Positions 48,501 through 60,495 are shown, counted from the whole stretch's first letter. The stretch is DNA of 63,785 nt, filler included, from Octopus bimaculoides (GCF_001194135.2; 6 parts of 5 records of this genome joined end to end with filler, not necessarily neighbours in it), one strand, 5' to 3'. Notes: a model not told the origin generated them from the sequence alone. Made by a program: numbers and translations.

Positions 48501-51500
48501 AACCTTCTCATTTTCTCACTAACATCTGGAACTGTAAGTTTACCTACATATCTATTTCATTTTAACTAACAGCTACATATATTACTATTTCAACATTGTG
48601 ACAGTTATTGGCAAAGGTCCATTTCTTTCCCTCAGAAAAAAGTTTACAATTATTACAGCTGTCTTCGAACAAGTAGCAGTTTGCACTGAGAAATAAAGAA
48701 TTCAATTTTGAAGCTGATTATTTACACACACACACACACACACACACCATACATGATGTATGCAGATGTGTGTGTGTGTGAGTGTATAGAGAAAAGAAAA
48801 TATAAGCAACTTGACGAAATTGTATTCTTCAAAAAAGAAAATTTTTATTCGAAATCTTTGTGTACCTAACAAAAGCCAGCCTTAAATGACACTAAATATT
48901 TATCAAGTTACATAAAAATCAAAAAACAATATATTAAGAACTAGAAATATATATAAATAAAATAAGTCCATTAAAAATATGATTTCAAAAAGGAAGAGAC
49001 AATCCTTATCAAGCTGAAATATGACAACAATGTTAGATTTTGTAAAACCTACAAACTATTTCTAAAAAAAGAGAATTGTTGTTTTAATCTCCATGCTCAC
49101 ATAAATCAAGACTCTAAATTTACTATTTATTTATTTATGTCATACTTTTAAAATATTAGATGTAATAATTAATAACAATTGCCATGAACAAGAAAGATTT
49201 AAGAAAACATACCAAACATTCTACTGGACATATTGTTAAATATATTCACACATAGTTTCTGTAGTTATAATCAACTTTTATCTTCAATTATATATATATA
49301 ACTATTCTACACTGCAAAACAGTCTGTGAGCAGTTTAGTCACACATTTTCTTAATATTGGTACGATGAGTAATTTCTATTCCACTAAAAGGAAATGGCCT
49401 CTAAAGGCAAAAACCAAACTGGTAAAGAGAGGGAAACAAAATTGCTACTTATGAAGTGCATGGAGGATATGCTTATCTTCCCAACTAAACAATACTGTAT
49501 AGTATAATATTGGTTTGTTTGTGTGCGAGAGTGAGTGAAAGAGAGTGGCGGGGAGAGAAAGGGAAAAACAATGAAAGAATAATGATATATGCATATATAT
49601 TTTACATTTGACCAGATACTTTCAGGAAGTAACATAACAAAAACAAGCCTCTTTGATACCAGAATCATGTTTCTGTATGTATACAGACACATTTTAGATA
49701 GACAGAGAGGGAGAGAAAGAGCACGTTGATATACACATACACAAAGCTGAGATACTAAAATTACAAGTGTCAGTATAATGTCCTTTTACTGCCATTATGT
49801 CTACGGTGGATGATACAGCTTAATGTTGAAAATATTCTAAGCAACAAGAAAACTATAATTTGACCATTTTGTTCAGGACCTATTAGCCAATAAGTGATCA
49901 TTTTCTTTTTCATTTCATGGTTATCTAGACAGTCAAAAAATGTTGAGCTATGTCACCACATAACACCAATTCATATCTTGCTAGACTAGTCATTTAGAAT
50001 GAAGTGCTCTAGCCACAGATACAGTGCAGTGGCGCTAATAACATGATATTCATGCTTTTCTTCAATGAGTCGGTAATAAAAATCAAATGAAATAGCTACT
50101 TCTGGTAAATAAACCCTTATTATAGATTTTACAAAGAACTGATATACAACTTGACAATCACCAAATACACACACACATTATGTATTGCTACCAACATATC
50201 CAATAACAAAAAAATTAGGTGACTTATTTAATCTTTCTTTACTGAACTGATTGTTTGTGTATCCATTCTACTATGTCAGAAATTACTATGAAGTTAGAAA
50301 AACCAAATTTTATATTTATGACTACAAAGAAAAATAGTCATCTGCAATTTTTTTTAAATTTTGCTTTTCTGCCAAGTTATTTGTATACATGCTGAGTGAT
50401 CTTCAGATTATATGAAAGCCAAAATGTAATAGAAATATAGATTATTCAAAAACTGGAATCAATTACTCAAAAACGAAATTCAATGGAAATACAGACAAGT
50501 CCTGTATAATGGGAAGTGCTGTACTTTAGAAAACTTTGTCTTAACTTGGGAGTTCTGTAATGCAAAATGTATTTTCCCATTGGCTTCTCAGTTAATGGAA
50601 GTCAATGTACATGGAATCAATGTAAAAATATTTTGCATCACAGCAAGTAATGCACCACTTCCAGCATTCACTCTTCAGAAGAGGAGCAGTTGGGAAAAAG
50701 CCAAACTTGCTATTTTCAATTTGGCTTCGTCTGTCCTCACCTATGATCATGAATGTTGGGTAATGATCAAAAGAATCACAAATACAAGAAGCCAAAATGA
50801 GGTTCCCCCAAAGAATTTCTGGAGTAATGTTACTCAACAGGTGTAACTCAGAGATCAGGGAGTCTCTCCAGGTCACTACTTCCCTGTATTGAGGGCTCCA
50901 GTACTACGAACGTGTGATTAGAATCTCACAGGAAAGAATCGCAAGATAGATTCTTCAAACTAAGCCAACCAAGAAGTGACACAGATCAAGAATGAGATGG
51001 TTAGATAATATCCAGTCTCTGTTGGTTGCACTAGGGAATCCAGCCAGAAAGTCTGACAGTTGCTTCTCATAGGACCATATGGAGGAGAAGCCTGAGGACT
51101 TTATCCCCACAACCCTCATACGAAGAGGGTGGAGAAGATGGATGGATGGAAATTCTTCAATAATGCAGGGGAATATTGATTGAATTAGTAGTACGTGTTA
51201 CTATAGCTTCAGATATTTTCCACCTCAACTAACTGCACACTTCATTAAACTTCTTTTTGAAAAACATGCCAAGATCATTGCAGTTGTCTATCCTCTAATG
51301 CTACTGATGTCCAGTTGCATTTAAACTCAGCTATTCTTGTGAATTAATGTTGAACAATTAGTAAATCTCACTTCTGCTTCTTATACATATATCCCATTAG
51401 ATTTGTGACTGGGAGAAGCTGGTAAGTCCCATAGTTTAGTTTTCCATTACACTTAAGACAGTAATGACTCCCGGATAGTATTTCACAATGAAATGCTGAT

Positions 51501-53307
51501 TTAAGCTTTTCAATTTGATAACAATCAAAGCAAAAATTTTAACATTAAATTATTTTCTAAACAGTATCATACACAAATAATTTAAAAAGCAAAAAATTAT
51601 CAATTTTATTAAATAAGACTAGTAATGAGAATGCAATATGTCATTAATGAAATCTGAAGCAAGTTAATTTGGTGCACAATTAGGTGCTGTTTACATGCCT
51701 TAATGATGAATTATACAGAGGATAGCTAGGAAAATGGAAGTGTTATTTTATCTTAAAATATCATTTTCAGGGTATCAAGTGACATATATTAATGATGACA
51801 ATAAAATCAGATATGTTATTTTAGAAAATGTAAGATGCATTATGTAAAATTGATTCATTGTTACGGTAAATTTGAAAAAAAGAGAAGAAAAAGACAGAGT
51901 AAGAGAAAGGTTTGTGTGTGCACGTGTGTGTCAATTGTCCAACCTATGCCAACATGGAAAACAGATGTTAAATGTTGATGGTGGTGATGATGGTGGAGAC
52001 ACGGAGAGAAAGGGAGGGAGAGGGAAAGAGAGAGAGAGCTGAAATAAAAGATAAGGATTAAAAATCTGTATCAAATTATTATCAGTGAAATGCAATGTTT
52101 CATATTTTATCTAAATTTGAAACTCTATGGAAAATGCATTGTTCCAATTCAGGCCAAATATTTTAAAACTGATGTCATACAGTTGACTGACTGTACACTA
52201 ATTCCAATGTTTTTTTTTTTTAATTCAAGATAGAATTCTCTAAAAACATTTTCCTGTATCCACTTTTAATGTTGATGACAACTCATTTCATCACAGTAAA
52301 AGTCTAAAATTTCCAAATTCCCTCTAAGTACAACCTAATTTGATGAGCCTGTATTATTTCTCTAATATTACCTAATACAACATTGGATCATTTAAGATCA
52401 TGGATGGAGATATATATATATATATATATATATATANNNNNNNNNNNNNNNNNNNNNNNNNNNNNNNNNNNNNNNNNNNNNNNNNNNNNNNNNNNNNNNN
52501 NNNNNNNNNNNNNNNNNNNNNNNNNNNNNNNNNNNNNNNNNNNNNNNNNNNNNNNNNNNNNNNNNNNNNNNNNNNNNNNNNNNNNNNNNNNNNNNNNNNN
52601 NNNNNNNNNNNNNNNNNNNNNNNNNNNNNNNNNNNNNNNNNNNNNNNNNNNNNNNNNNNNNNNNNNNNNNNNNNNNNNNNNNNNNNNNNNNNNNNNNNNN
52701 NNNNNNNNNNNNNNNNNNNNNNNNNNNNNNNNNNNNNNNNNNNNNNNNNNNNNNNNNNNNNNNNNNNNNNNNNNNNNNNNNNNNNNNNNNNNNNNNNNNN
52801 NNNNNNNNNNNNNNNNNNNNNNNNNNNNNNNNNNNNNNNNNNNNNNNNNNNNNNNNNNNNNNNNNNNNNNNNNNNNNNNNNNNNNNNNNNNNNNNNNNNN
52901 NNNNNNNNNNNNNNNNNNNNNNNNNNNNNNNNNNNNNNNNNNNNNNNNNNNNNNNNNNNNNNNNNNNNNNNNNNNNNNNNNNNNNNNNNNNNNNNNNNNN
53001 NNNNNNNNNNNNNNNNNNNNNNNNNNNNNNNNNNNNNNNNNNNNNNNNNNNNNNNNNNNNNNNNNNNNNNNNNNNNNNNNNNNNNNNNNNNNNNNNNNNN
53101 NNNNNNNNNNNNNNNNNNNNNNNNNNNNNNNNNNNNNNNNNNNNNNNNNNNNNNNNNNNNNNNNNNNNNNNNNNNNNNNNNNNNNNNNNNNNNNNNNNNN
53201 NNNNNNNNNNNNNNNNNNNNNNNNNNNNNNNNNNNNNNNNNNNNNNNNNNNNNNNNNNNNNNNNNNNNNTGCAGGCTGCCGTTTTGCACACCAAAGGCTC
53301 TGCCACA

Positions 53308-53980
53308 TAAGTGGTAAGAATGAAACCGGGTTTGTGATTAGCCTTTATATTTTGTATCTTTTCATTTGTCTTGCTCGCTTACATTCTGGCGTTAGCTGAA
53401 TTTTCTTGAGAACAATCTTTTCTTAGTGGTCATCCCTCTTATATGTAATATAATTTTTCTGAATCTTCAGATTTTTCAATATGCTAGGCCACTGGTTATA
53501 AATTGATATTAATCAAATTAATATTCAATTTTTCACCCTTATTATTTAAATTTAAATAACCATGTTCTCTAACTGGTGAAATTCACTGCAGAGAATTATT
53601 TTCTGCAAAATTATTTCTGGTATTTTGGCACACCAAAACAAAGACTTTTGAAATATAACCCCAAATGTAATTGGTGTAACTATATGCATGTTCAATCTCA
53701 TGCGGACATCTCGTGTATAGTTCTGCAAATTATATTTTGCTATGATAATCACACTGATGAATTGCAGACATTTATGTAAGTATTACGTAAGTGGTAACAA
53801 TGAAACCGGGTTTGTGATTAATCTTTATATTTTGTATCTTTTCATTTGTCTTGCTTGCTTATGTTCTGGTGTTTGCTGAATTTTCTTGAGAACAATCTTT
53901 TCTTAGTGGTCAGACCATATGGGGTCTATATCTAGCATAATGGATGTCCACTTAGTGGTCATCCCTCCTATATGTAATAC
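53308..53980. repeat. Local direct duplication of ~125 bp (53308-53432 and 53788-53912) plus a partial third copy
   Basis: TAAGTGGTAA(G/C)AATGAAACCGGGTTTGTGATTA...TCTTAGTGGTCA occurs twice, 480 bp apart. Confidence 0.9.
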
Positions 53981-54017
53981 ATATATATATATATATAGAT
54001 ACATACATACATACATA

Positions 54018-54838
54018 TGAGGGGTGTATAAAAAGTTTTGAGCCTAACCTAGAAACGGGGCTGCTAGGTAGCTGGAACAATTTTTTCTGGTAAGTACAGT
54101 CTTTTCGGAGTAATCTTGCTCATTTTCATGATTCTGATATTTTAATTTTTTTTATTGCAGATTTTTGAAAAAACAAGTCTCAGGGTTACAAGGAAAATGG
54201 AGAAAACTGAGTATCGTGCTGTCATAAAGTACCTTCATTTGAAAGGCATAACTCCAACAGAAATCCATGAAGATATGGTGAGAACCTTAACAGACAATGC
54301 TTCTTCATATGCAACAATCAAACGCTGGGTAAATGAATTCCAGCGTGGTAGGGAAAGTGTGGAAGATGATCCCACACCAAAAAGACCTCCAACTGCAACC
54401 ACTGAGGATAACATTGACCTTGCTCTTGGTATGATAATGCAAGATCGTCGAATATCATGTTGTCAGATAGCCGAGAGACTGGGCATCTCAACTGAAAGAG
54501 CAGACAACATTGTGACAAAAGAACTTGGGTTCTCAAAGGTTTCTCCAAGGTGAGTCCCTCGTCTTTTGACTCCTGAACAGAAATGCACCAGGTGCACTTT
54601 GTCCACGAGCAATCTGGAACTGTTTGAAGCTGATGAAGAGAATTTTCTTGCTCATTTCATTACTATGGATGAAAGTTGGGTTCATCGCTACCAACCTGAA
54701 ACCAAAGAACAATCAAAGCAGTGTAAGCACACATCTCCTACCCCAAAGAAGGCCAGGGTCATTCCTTCAGCTGGCAAGGTTATGGCATCAGTTTTTTTTT
54801 GATTCTCAAGGTGTCTTGCTGATCGATTACCTTGAAAA
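54018..54838 (+). mobile_element. Mariner, left part (truncated by an assembly linker)
   Basis: TA|TGAGGGGTGTATAAAAAG left end. MEKTEYRAVIKYL HTH, *VPRLLT (decayed WVPR), ITMDESWVHRYQPETK. Confidence 0.9.
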
Positions 54839-55508
54839 NNNNNNNNNNNNNNNNNNNNNNNNNNNNNNNNNNNNNNNNNNNNTTAATTAATTAANNNNNN
54901 NNNNNNNNNNNNNNNNNNNNNNNNNNNNNNNNNNNNNNGATCGCGGTTTCGATTCCCAGAACGGGTGTTGTGAGTGTTTATTGAGCGAAAACACCTAAAA
55001 GCTCCAAGAGGCTCCGGCAGGGGATGGTGGTGAACCCTGCTGTACTCTTCCACCACAACTTTCTCTCACTCTTACTTCCTGTTTCTGTTGTACCTGTAAT
55101 TCAAAGGGGTCAGCCTTGTCACGCCCTGTGTCACGCTGAATATCCCCGAGAACTACGTTAAGGGTATACGTGTCTGTGGAGTGCTCAGCCACTTGCACGT
55201 TAATTTCACGAGCAGGCTGTTCCGTTGATCGGATCAACTGGAACCCTCGACGTCGTAAACGACGGAGTGCCAACCACAACAACTGTCTCATCCAATCATT
55301 TTGACTTAAAGCTAATTACCTTCCTACCTACAACATCGTCTGCAGATAAACACCACCAACCACTTGACACCAGAATTCCCCTCTCCTGCATTTCTCTCAG
55401 TAGATTGTTTTCCAGTAAGCCCCCATGCCCTCACCGTGCACACACACAGAGTCTCGTCCTTTATTTCTCCACCCCTGGTATTCAAAACCGTCCCTTCTCT
55501 TTCTATAG

Positions 55509-55663
55509 GGTGCTGGCCTTGGAGAACAATGTTCAAGAGAAAGAGAGAGTCATCAAACAGCTGCAACAGAAATACCTGCAGTTGAAAGAGTCTTTCAGTT
55601 ACAACCTGCAGTTGATTGCACAACGGGACCAGGAGTTGCAACAATGGGAGATGCAGGTCAAAG
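55509..55663 (+). CDS. CCDC57: CCDC57 exon: VLALENNVQEKERVIKQLQQKYLQLKESFSYNLQLIAQRDQELQQWEMQVK(D)
   Basis: ttctatag acceptor and gtcagt donor; 155 nt, phase 2 to 1. LKESFSYNLQLIAQRDQEL resembles human CCDC57 LQEDFVYNLQVLEERDLEL (from memory). The start exon was not found. Confidence 0.88.
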
Positions 55664-56804
55664 GTCAGTCCCAAGAGCTCATTTTAGTTTTTTTTTTTTC
55701 TTTGTTTTTGTGGCACATAAAATACACCATTTTGAGCGTGGCCGTTGCCAGTACATCCTGACTGGCCATCGTGCTGGTGGCACGTAAAACACCCACTACA
55801 CTCTTGGAGAGGTTGGTGTTAGGAAGGGCATCCAGCTGTAGAAACTCTACCAGATCAGATTGGAGCCTGGTGTAGCCATCTGGTTCACCCGTCCTGAGTC
55901 AAATCGTCCAACCCATGCTAGCATGGAAAGCGGACGTTAAACGATGATGATGATGATATATATATATATAAACTACACTCTCTGAGTGGTTGGCATTAGG
56001 AAGGGCATCAAGCTGTAGAAACTCTGCCAGATCAGATTGGAGTCTGGTGCAGCCATCTGGTTTCACCAGTCCTCAGTCAAATCATCCAACCTATGCTAGC
56101 ATGGAAAGCGGATGTTAAGCGATGNNNNNNNNNNNNNNNNNNNNNNNNNNNNNNNNNNNNNNNNNNNNNNNNNNNNNNNNNNNNNNNNNNNNNNNNNNNN
56201 NNNNNNNNNNNNNNNNNNNNNNNNNNNNNNNNNNNNNNNNNNNNNNNNNNNNNNNNNNNNNNNNNNNNNNNNNNNNNNNNNNNNNNNNNNNNNNNNNNNN
56301 NNNNNNNNNNNNNNNNNNNNNNNNNNNNNNNNNNNNNNNNNNNNNNNNNNNNNNNNNNNNNNNNNNNNNNNNNNNNNNNNNNNNNNNNNNNNNNNNNNNN
56401 NNNNNNNNNNNNNNNNNNNNNNNNNNNNNNNNNNNNNNNNNNNNNNNNNNNNNNNNNNNNNNNNNNNNNNNNNNNNNNNNNNNNNNNNNNNNNNNNNNNN
56501 NNNNNNNNNNNNNNNNNNNNNNNNNNNNNNNNNNNNNNNNNNNNNNNNNNNNNNNNNNNNNNNNNNNNNNNNNNNNNNNNNNNNNNNNNNNNNNNNNNNN
56601 NNNGTGGTGGTGGTGGTGGTGGTGGTGGTCTAGGTGATGGTTGCAGTGGTGGTGGTGATGGTGGTGGTTGTAGTGGTGGTGATCATGGTGACAATGACGA
56701 CAACAACAACAACAACGATGATTAATGTCTGTCTGTTCGTCCTCCTTTGTCTTCCTTCTAAATTTGTCTTTTTCTTTTCCTCCCCCTCTGTTCTTCCCTT
56801 CCAG

Positions 56805-56973
56805 ACTTAAGCGCCAAGCTCAATGTTACGAATGCCTTGAAGAGTGAATGGAAAATTGAAGAGGAAAAATATGAAGAACGCTTGGAACGCATGGAACAGC
56901 AACGAACTGAAGAACAAGCATATTGGCAGAGACAGTTGCGAGAGAGGGAGGAGGAGATAGAGATGTTGAGAAG
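56805..56973 (+). CDS. CCDC57: CCDC57 exon: LSAKLNVTNALKSEWKIEEEKYEERLERMEQQRTEEQAYWQRQLREREEEIEMLR(R)
   Basis: Long pyrimidine tract + ccag acceptor, gtaggt donor; 169 nt, phase 1 to 2. Coiled-coil composition. In frame with both neighbours. Confidence 0.85.
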
Positions 56974-57405
56974 GTAGGTTTTGAAAGGTGGTGGGAGGAA
57001 GAGAGAAAGAGAGAGAGGTGGAGCGAGAAACTGGTAGAGAGAGGAGGAGATGGAGATGTTGGGAAGGTAAGGTTTTGAAAGGTGGTGGGAGGAAGAGAGA
57101 AAAAGAGAGAGGGAGAGGGAGAAATTGGTGGAGAGAGGAGGAGGAGAAACTGGTAGAGAGAGGAGGAGGAAGAAACTGGTAGAGAGAGGAGGAGGGAGAA
57201 ACTGGTAGAGAGAGGAGGAGATGTTGAGGAAGTAAGGTTTTGAAAGGTGGTGGGAGGAAGAGAGGAAAAGAGAGAGGTGGAGGGAGAAACTGGTAAAGAG
57301 AGGAGGAGGAAGAAACTGGTAGAGAGAGGAGGAGGGAGAATCTGGTAGAGAGAGGAGGAGATGGAGATGTTGAGAAAGTAAGGTTTTGGAAGGTGGAGGG
57401 AGGAA
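56940..57405 (+). repeat. Purine-rich tandem repeat built from the CCDC57 exon end and splice donor
   Basis: Four GAGATGTTG..AG/GTA.GGTTTTG units (GT at 56974, 57067, 57232, 57378) interspersed with AAACTGGTAGAGAGAGGAGG units. Confidence 0.85.
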
Positions 57406-57447
57406 GAGACACAAATGTAACGTGGTGCCATCTGTGGACGATTTCAG

Positions 57448-57569
57448 GGGCAAGATGTGTAAACTGGATGAGGAACGAAGACTCTACGAGGAACTGAAGA
57501 GAGGAATGGAATGGAATATGGTGGAATCACAGGAGACCATTCTGGAGGAACGCAGACGAATGGAGCAAG
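57448..57569 (+). CDS. CCDC57: CCDC57 exon: GKMCKLDEERRLYEELKRGMEWNMVESQETILEERRRMEQ(G), ending at a GC donor
   Basis: atttcag acceptor; only the AG|gcaagt donor gives the phase 1 that the next exon needs; 122 nt. YEELK...ME resembles human YENLKWTLERKLEE. Confidence 0.8.
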
Positions 57570-57618
57570 GCAAGTACGCTGGTTGTGCATATGTGTGTTT
57601 ATGTATGTCTTTGGGTGT

Positions 57619-57855
57619 GGAGGCGCAATGGCCCAGTGGTTAGGGCAGCGGACTCGCGGTCATAGGATCGCGGTTTCGATTCCCAGAATGGGCGTTGTGA
57701 GTGTTTATTGAGCGAAAACACCTAAAGCTCCACGAGGCTCCAGCAGGGGATGGTGGCGAACCCTGCTGTACTCTTTCACCACAACTTTCTCTCACTCTTA
57801 CTTCCTGTTTCTGTTGTGCCTGTAATTCAAAGGGTCAGCCTTGTCACACCCTGTG
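57619..57855 (+). mobile_element. tRNA-derived SINE family C (GGAGGCGCAATGGCCCAGTGGTTAGG...)
   Basis: A-box and B-box (GGTTTCGATTCC). Near-identical copies at 16541-16727, 54939-55283 and 39113-39455(-); older copy at ~15165-15410. Confidence 0.85.
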
Positions 57856-57890
57856 GAGGTGCAATGGCCCATTGGTTAGGGCACACAAAC

Positions 57891-57949
<59 letters not shown>

Positions 57950-58281
57950 TACGACGGGCTTCTTTCAGTTTCCGTCTACCAAATCCACTCACAAGGCTTT
58001 GGTCGGCCCGAGGCTATAGTAGAAGACACTTGCCCAAGGTGCCACGCAGTTGGACTGAACCCGGAACCATGTGGTTCGTAAGCAAGCTACTTACCACACA
58101 GCCACTCGTACACCATTATAACTATGTGACAAAAAAATGTTGGTAGAGAAACTAAAATAACATGAATAACGCTAAAGTGAAGACCAAATATGTTGGTGTG
58201 TGTGCTTAATTGGAAAAATATGACCATCCCCAAGTATAACGATATTCTTGAAAATTCCTCTGTATTTATTCTTCGCTTTAG

Positions 58282-58370
58282 GCTTTGATGCAGCTTTGAA
58301 GAAGCGAGAGCATGAATTTCGCCTCAAGGTCGATGAAATGAACAACACTCTACGAATAGAAAACTTACAG
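58282..58370 (+). CDS. CCDC57: CCDC57 exon: FDAALKKREHEFRLKVDEMNNTLRIENLQ
   Basis: ttcgctttag acceptor and gtattt donor; 89 nt, phase 1 to 0. KREHEFRL matches the conserved CCDC57 motif (human ESKMRKREHEFRLQADNMSN). Confidence 0.93.
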
Positions 58371-59039
58371 GTATTTTTTTCTATTTTTATCTTTAACTTT
58401 GTTTTAGTCATTGGATAGCGGCCATGCTGGGGCATCACCATGAAAGGACATGGTCGAATGCATGATGGTAGCATTCTGAAAATTCTTACATATGACCAAC
58501 AAGTAGAGGGATACTATGGTAAAGGAAGACCTATATAATGGTGATGATGATGTGTAACACGGTTTTTTCCTTGGGTAGCAAGTGTTATTTCTTATTTGTT
58601 TACCCCTAGAAAGTGTGAAAAATGGCTAACATTTCCTTCAAACTTTGCTTTTCTTATATTTATTCAAATCCCCCAAAAATTCCTCTCAACACATGGCTAT
58701 GATGTTCCCCCACTATTTCTGCTCATGATCAGAGATGCACATATCGTCAGCCACCAAGAGACATGCTCAACTGGTTATGGTCAAACAACTGACAAGCAAA
58801 TCTGTGGTATTGAGCAGAATATTTGCTATAACGATATTTCTGCTTCAGCAACTCAGGACTGAATCTGTTTGAAATGTAATGGGAAAAAAATGGTCAGTTT
58901 CAAAACATTGATCTCCAGTTGACAAAGGAAAGAATTTAAACGGAATATTGGTCATTTCCTGTGATTTCAAGATAGAAACAAATAAGAAATAACATTTACT
59001 GACCAAAGACAAAAAATAAAATTTTATTTTGCTACACAG

Positions 59040-59085
<46 letters not shown>

Positions 59086-59090
59086 GATAT

Positions 59091-59402
59091 ACATTATTTA
59101 CATTATTTACATTTGACGGATATTTGTCCTCATCTTGTTTGTTGTTAACACAACGTTTCGGCTGATATACCCTCCAGCCTTCATCAGGTGTCTTGGGGAA
59201 ATTTCGAACCTGGTTTCTCATCCCTAAGGCATTTTTCGATATTGTTATTATTATTATTATTTTTATTCAGGTCACTGCTTGGAATTGAACTTGGAGTCTT
59301 GGAGTTAGTAGCCTGCTCGCTTAACCACTACGCAAGATGAGGAGAAATATCCGTCAAATGTAAATAATGTACATAATTCCTCATCTCTTAAATATAGAAC
59401 TG
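59091..59402 (-). mobile_element. Second copy of the tRNA-head/hammerhead composite element (inverted arm internally deleted)
   Basis: Same head (revcomp at ~59270-59335), (AAT)n, hammerhead and (AAATAATGT)2 tail. Possible 12-bp TSD tattattgatat (59079-59090) / tattattaatat (59403-59414), one mismatch, low complexity. Confidence 0.72.
59147..59192 (-). ncRNA. Minimal (Penelope-type) type I hammerhead motif, second copy
   Basis: The reverse complement reads gacacCTGATGAaGGCTGgagggtatatCAGCCGAAACGTTgtgtt, the same fold as 29060-29105. Confidence 0.75.
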
Positions 59403-59443
59403 TATTATTAATATGTTTTCCATCTTCTTTTATGTTTAAAAAG

Positions 59444-59601
59444 CGACAGATAGTGTCCAAAGAACTTGAGCAGTTGAAGGAAAGTATACAAGAGAGGGAG
59501 AAAGACTTGCTCAAGACTGATGCTGATTTGAAACAGATGGAGAAAGTTTTGGGTGAGAAAACACTTCAGATGAGTGACCAGGTGTCCATCTATGAAGACA
59601 G
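59444..59601 (+). CDS. CCDC57: CCDC57 exon: RQIVSKELEQLKESIQEREKDLLKTDADLKQMEKVLGEKTLQMSDQVSIYED(R)
   Basis: tttaaaaag acceptor (an alternative in-frame acag at 59449 is possible) and gtgggt donor; 158 nt, phase 0 to 2. KELEQLKE resembles human KELEALKE. Confidence 0.85.
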
Positions 59602-59867
59602 GTGGGTGCCACACACACACACACACACGCACATGCACATGCACGCATGCAAAGGCCATGGGTTTCCATGCAGCACGGAATTTTGTCAGTGAACAGGTCA
59701 CAATTTCAAAGCGACGAAAATATTTTGGTAAATTAAATTTAAATGTTGAAGTAAATCTAACGGTTTTTGTGTTTCTTAATTGGCTTATAAACACCTTCCA
59801 CGCTGCAATTGTTTTCATTCCAGCACACGATCTCAGATCAGGTCACTTGCTATGCAAGTACATCTCC

Positions 59868-59938
<71 letters not shown>

Positions 59939-60302
59939 TCCCTTTTACTCTTTTACTTGTTTCAGTCACTTGACTGCGGCCATGCTTTTAATTTTATTTT
60001 AGAAATTTACATGTTGAGTCAGAAAGTTATCTATGATTTGATGAATGGGTCAGTGATAAAAAAAGTTTGCTGTCCTCTGCTTACACCATGTAAAATTTAT
60101 CCTCACGTTCTCAAGAGACTGGTTGCCTAGCTTCATATCAAACTAGATATTTCTCCATTTCTAGTCATTTTAACCACAACGAAGATGTCCAACAGTTTGC
60201 ATCAAATTTTGGTGTTCTTTCATGTACCCTTCTCTGCCCCTTTATCCCAAAGTAGATTGTGCATTGTTAAATTAACTGGGTACATCATCTTTGTGTCAAC
60301 AG

Positions 60303-60377
60303 ATTGAAAGAGCTCTCTCTTCAGCTGGTACAGAGTGAGAAAAGCAGGGAAAAACTGTTACAGGAGCTGGAGTTGAA
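60303..60377 (+). CDS. CCDC57: CCDC57 exon: LKELSLQLVQSEKSREKLLQELEL(K)
   Basis: gtgtcaacag acceptor and gtaagt donor; 75 nt, phase 2 to 2. Open and in frame with both neighbours. Confidence 0.82.
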
Positions 60378-60425
60378 GTAAGTATTGTCTCAAGCCAACT
60401 TCTTCCATATAAACACCCACATAAA

Positions 60426-60495
<70 letters not shown>

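Noticed and set aside
53683-53774. ORF segment ending DELQTF-AT|gtaagt as the CCDC57 start exon
   Set aside because: The phase fits, but the upstream residues are not coiled-coil-like and lack the expected KExEW-like motif.
55200-55275. HDV-like ribozyme in the 3' part of SINE family C
   Set aside because: I could not assign the nested P1/P2/P3/P1.1 pairings by eye.
56060-56085. CTGAGGA on the minus strand of the RTE tail as a hammerhead core (and other CTGANGA hits at 22349, 27570, 45887, 47130, 53755)
   Set aside because: No stem II followed by GAAA and no NUH/stem I pairing.
56758-57453. Three 200-230 aa Leu/Ser/Pro-rich minus-strand ORFs
   Set aside because: They are the antisense reading of the purine-rich tandem repeat and a CCDC57 exon.
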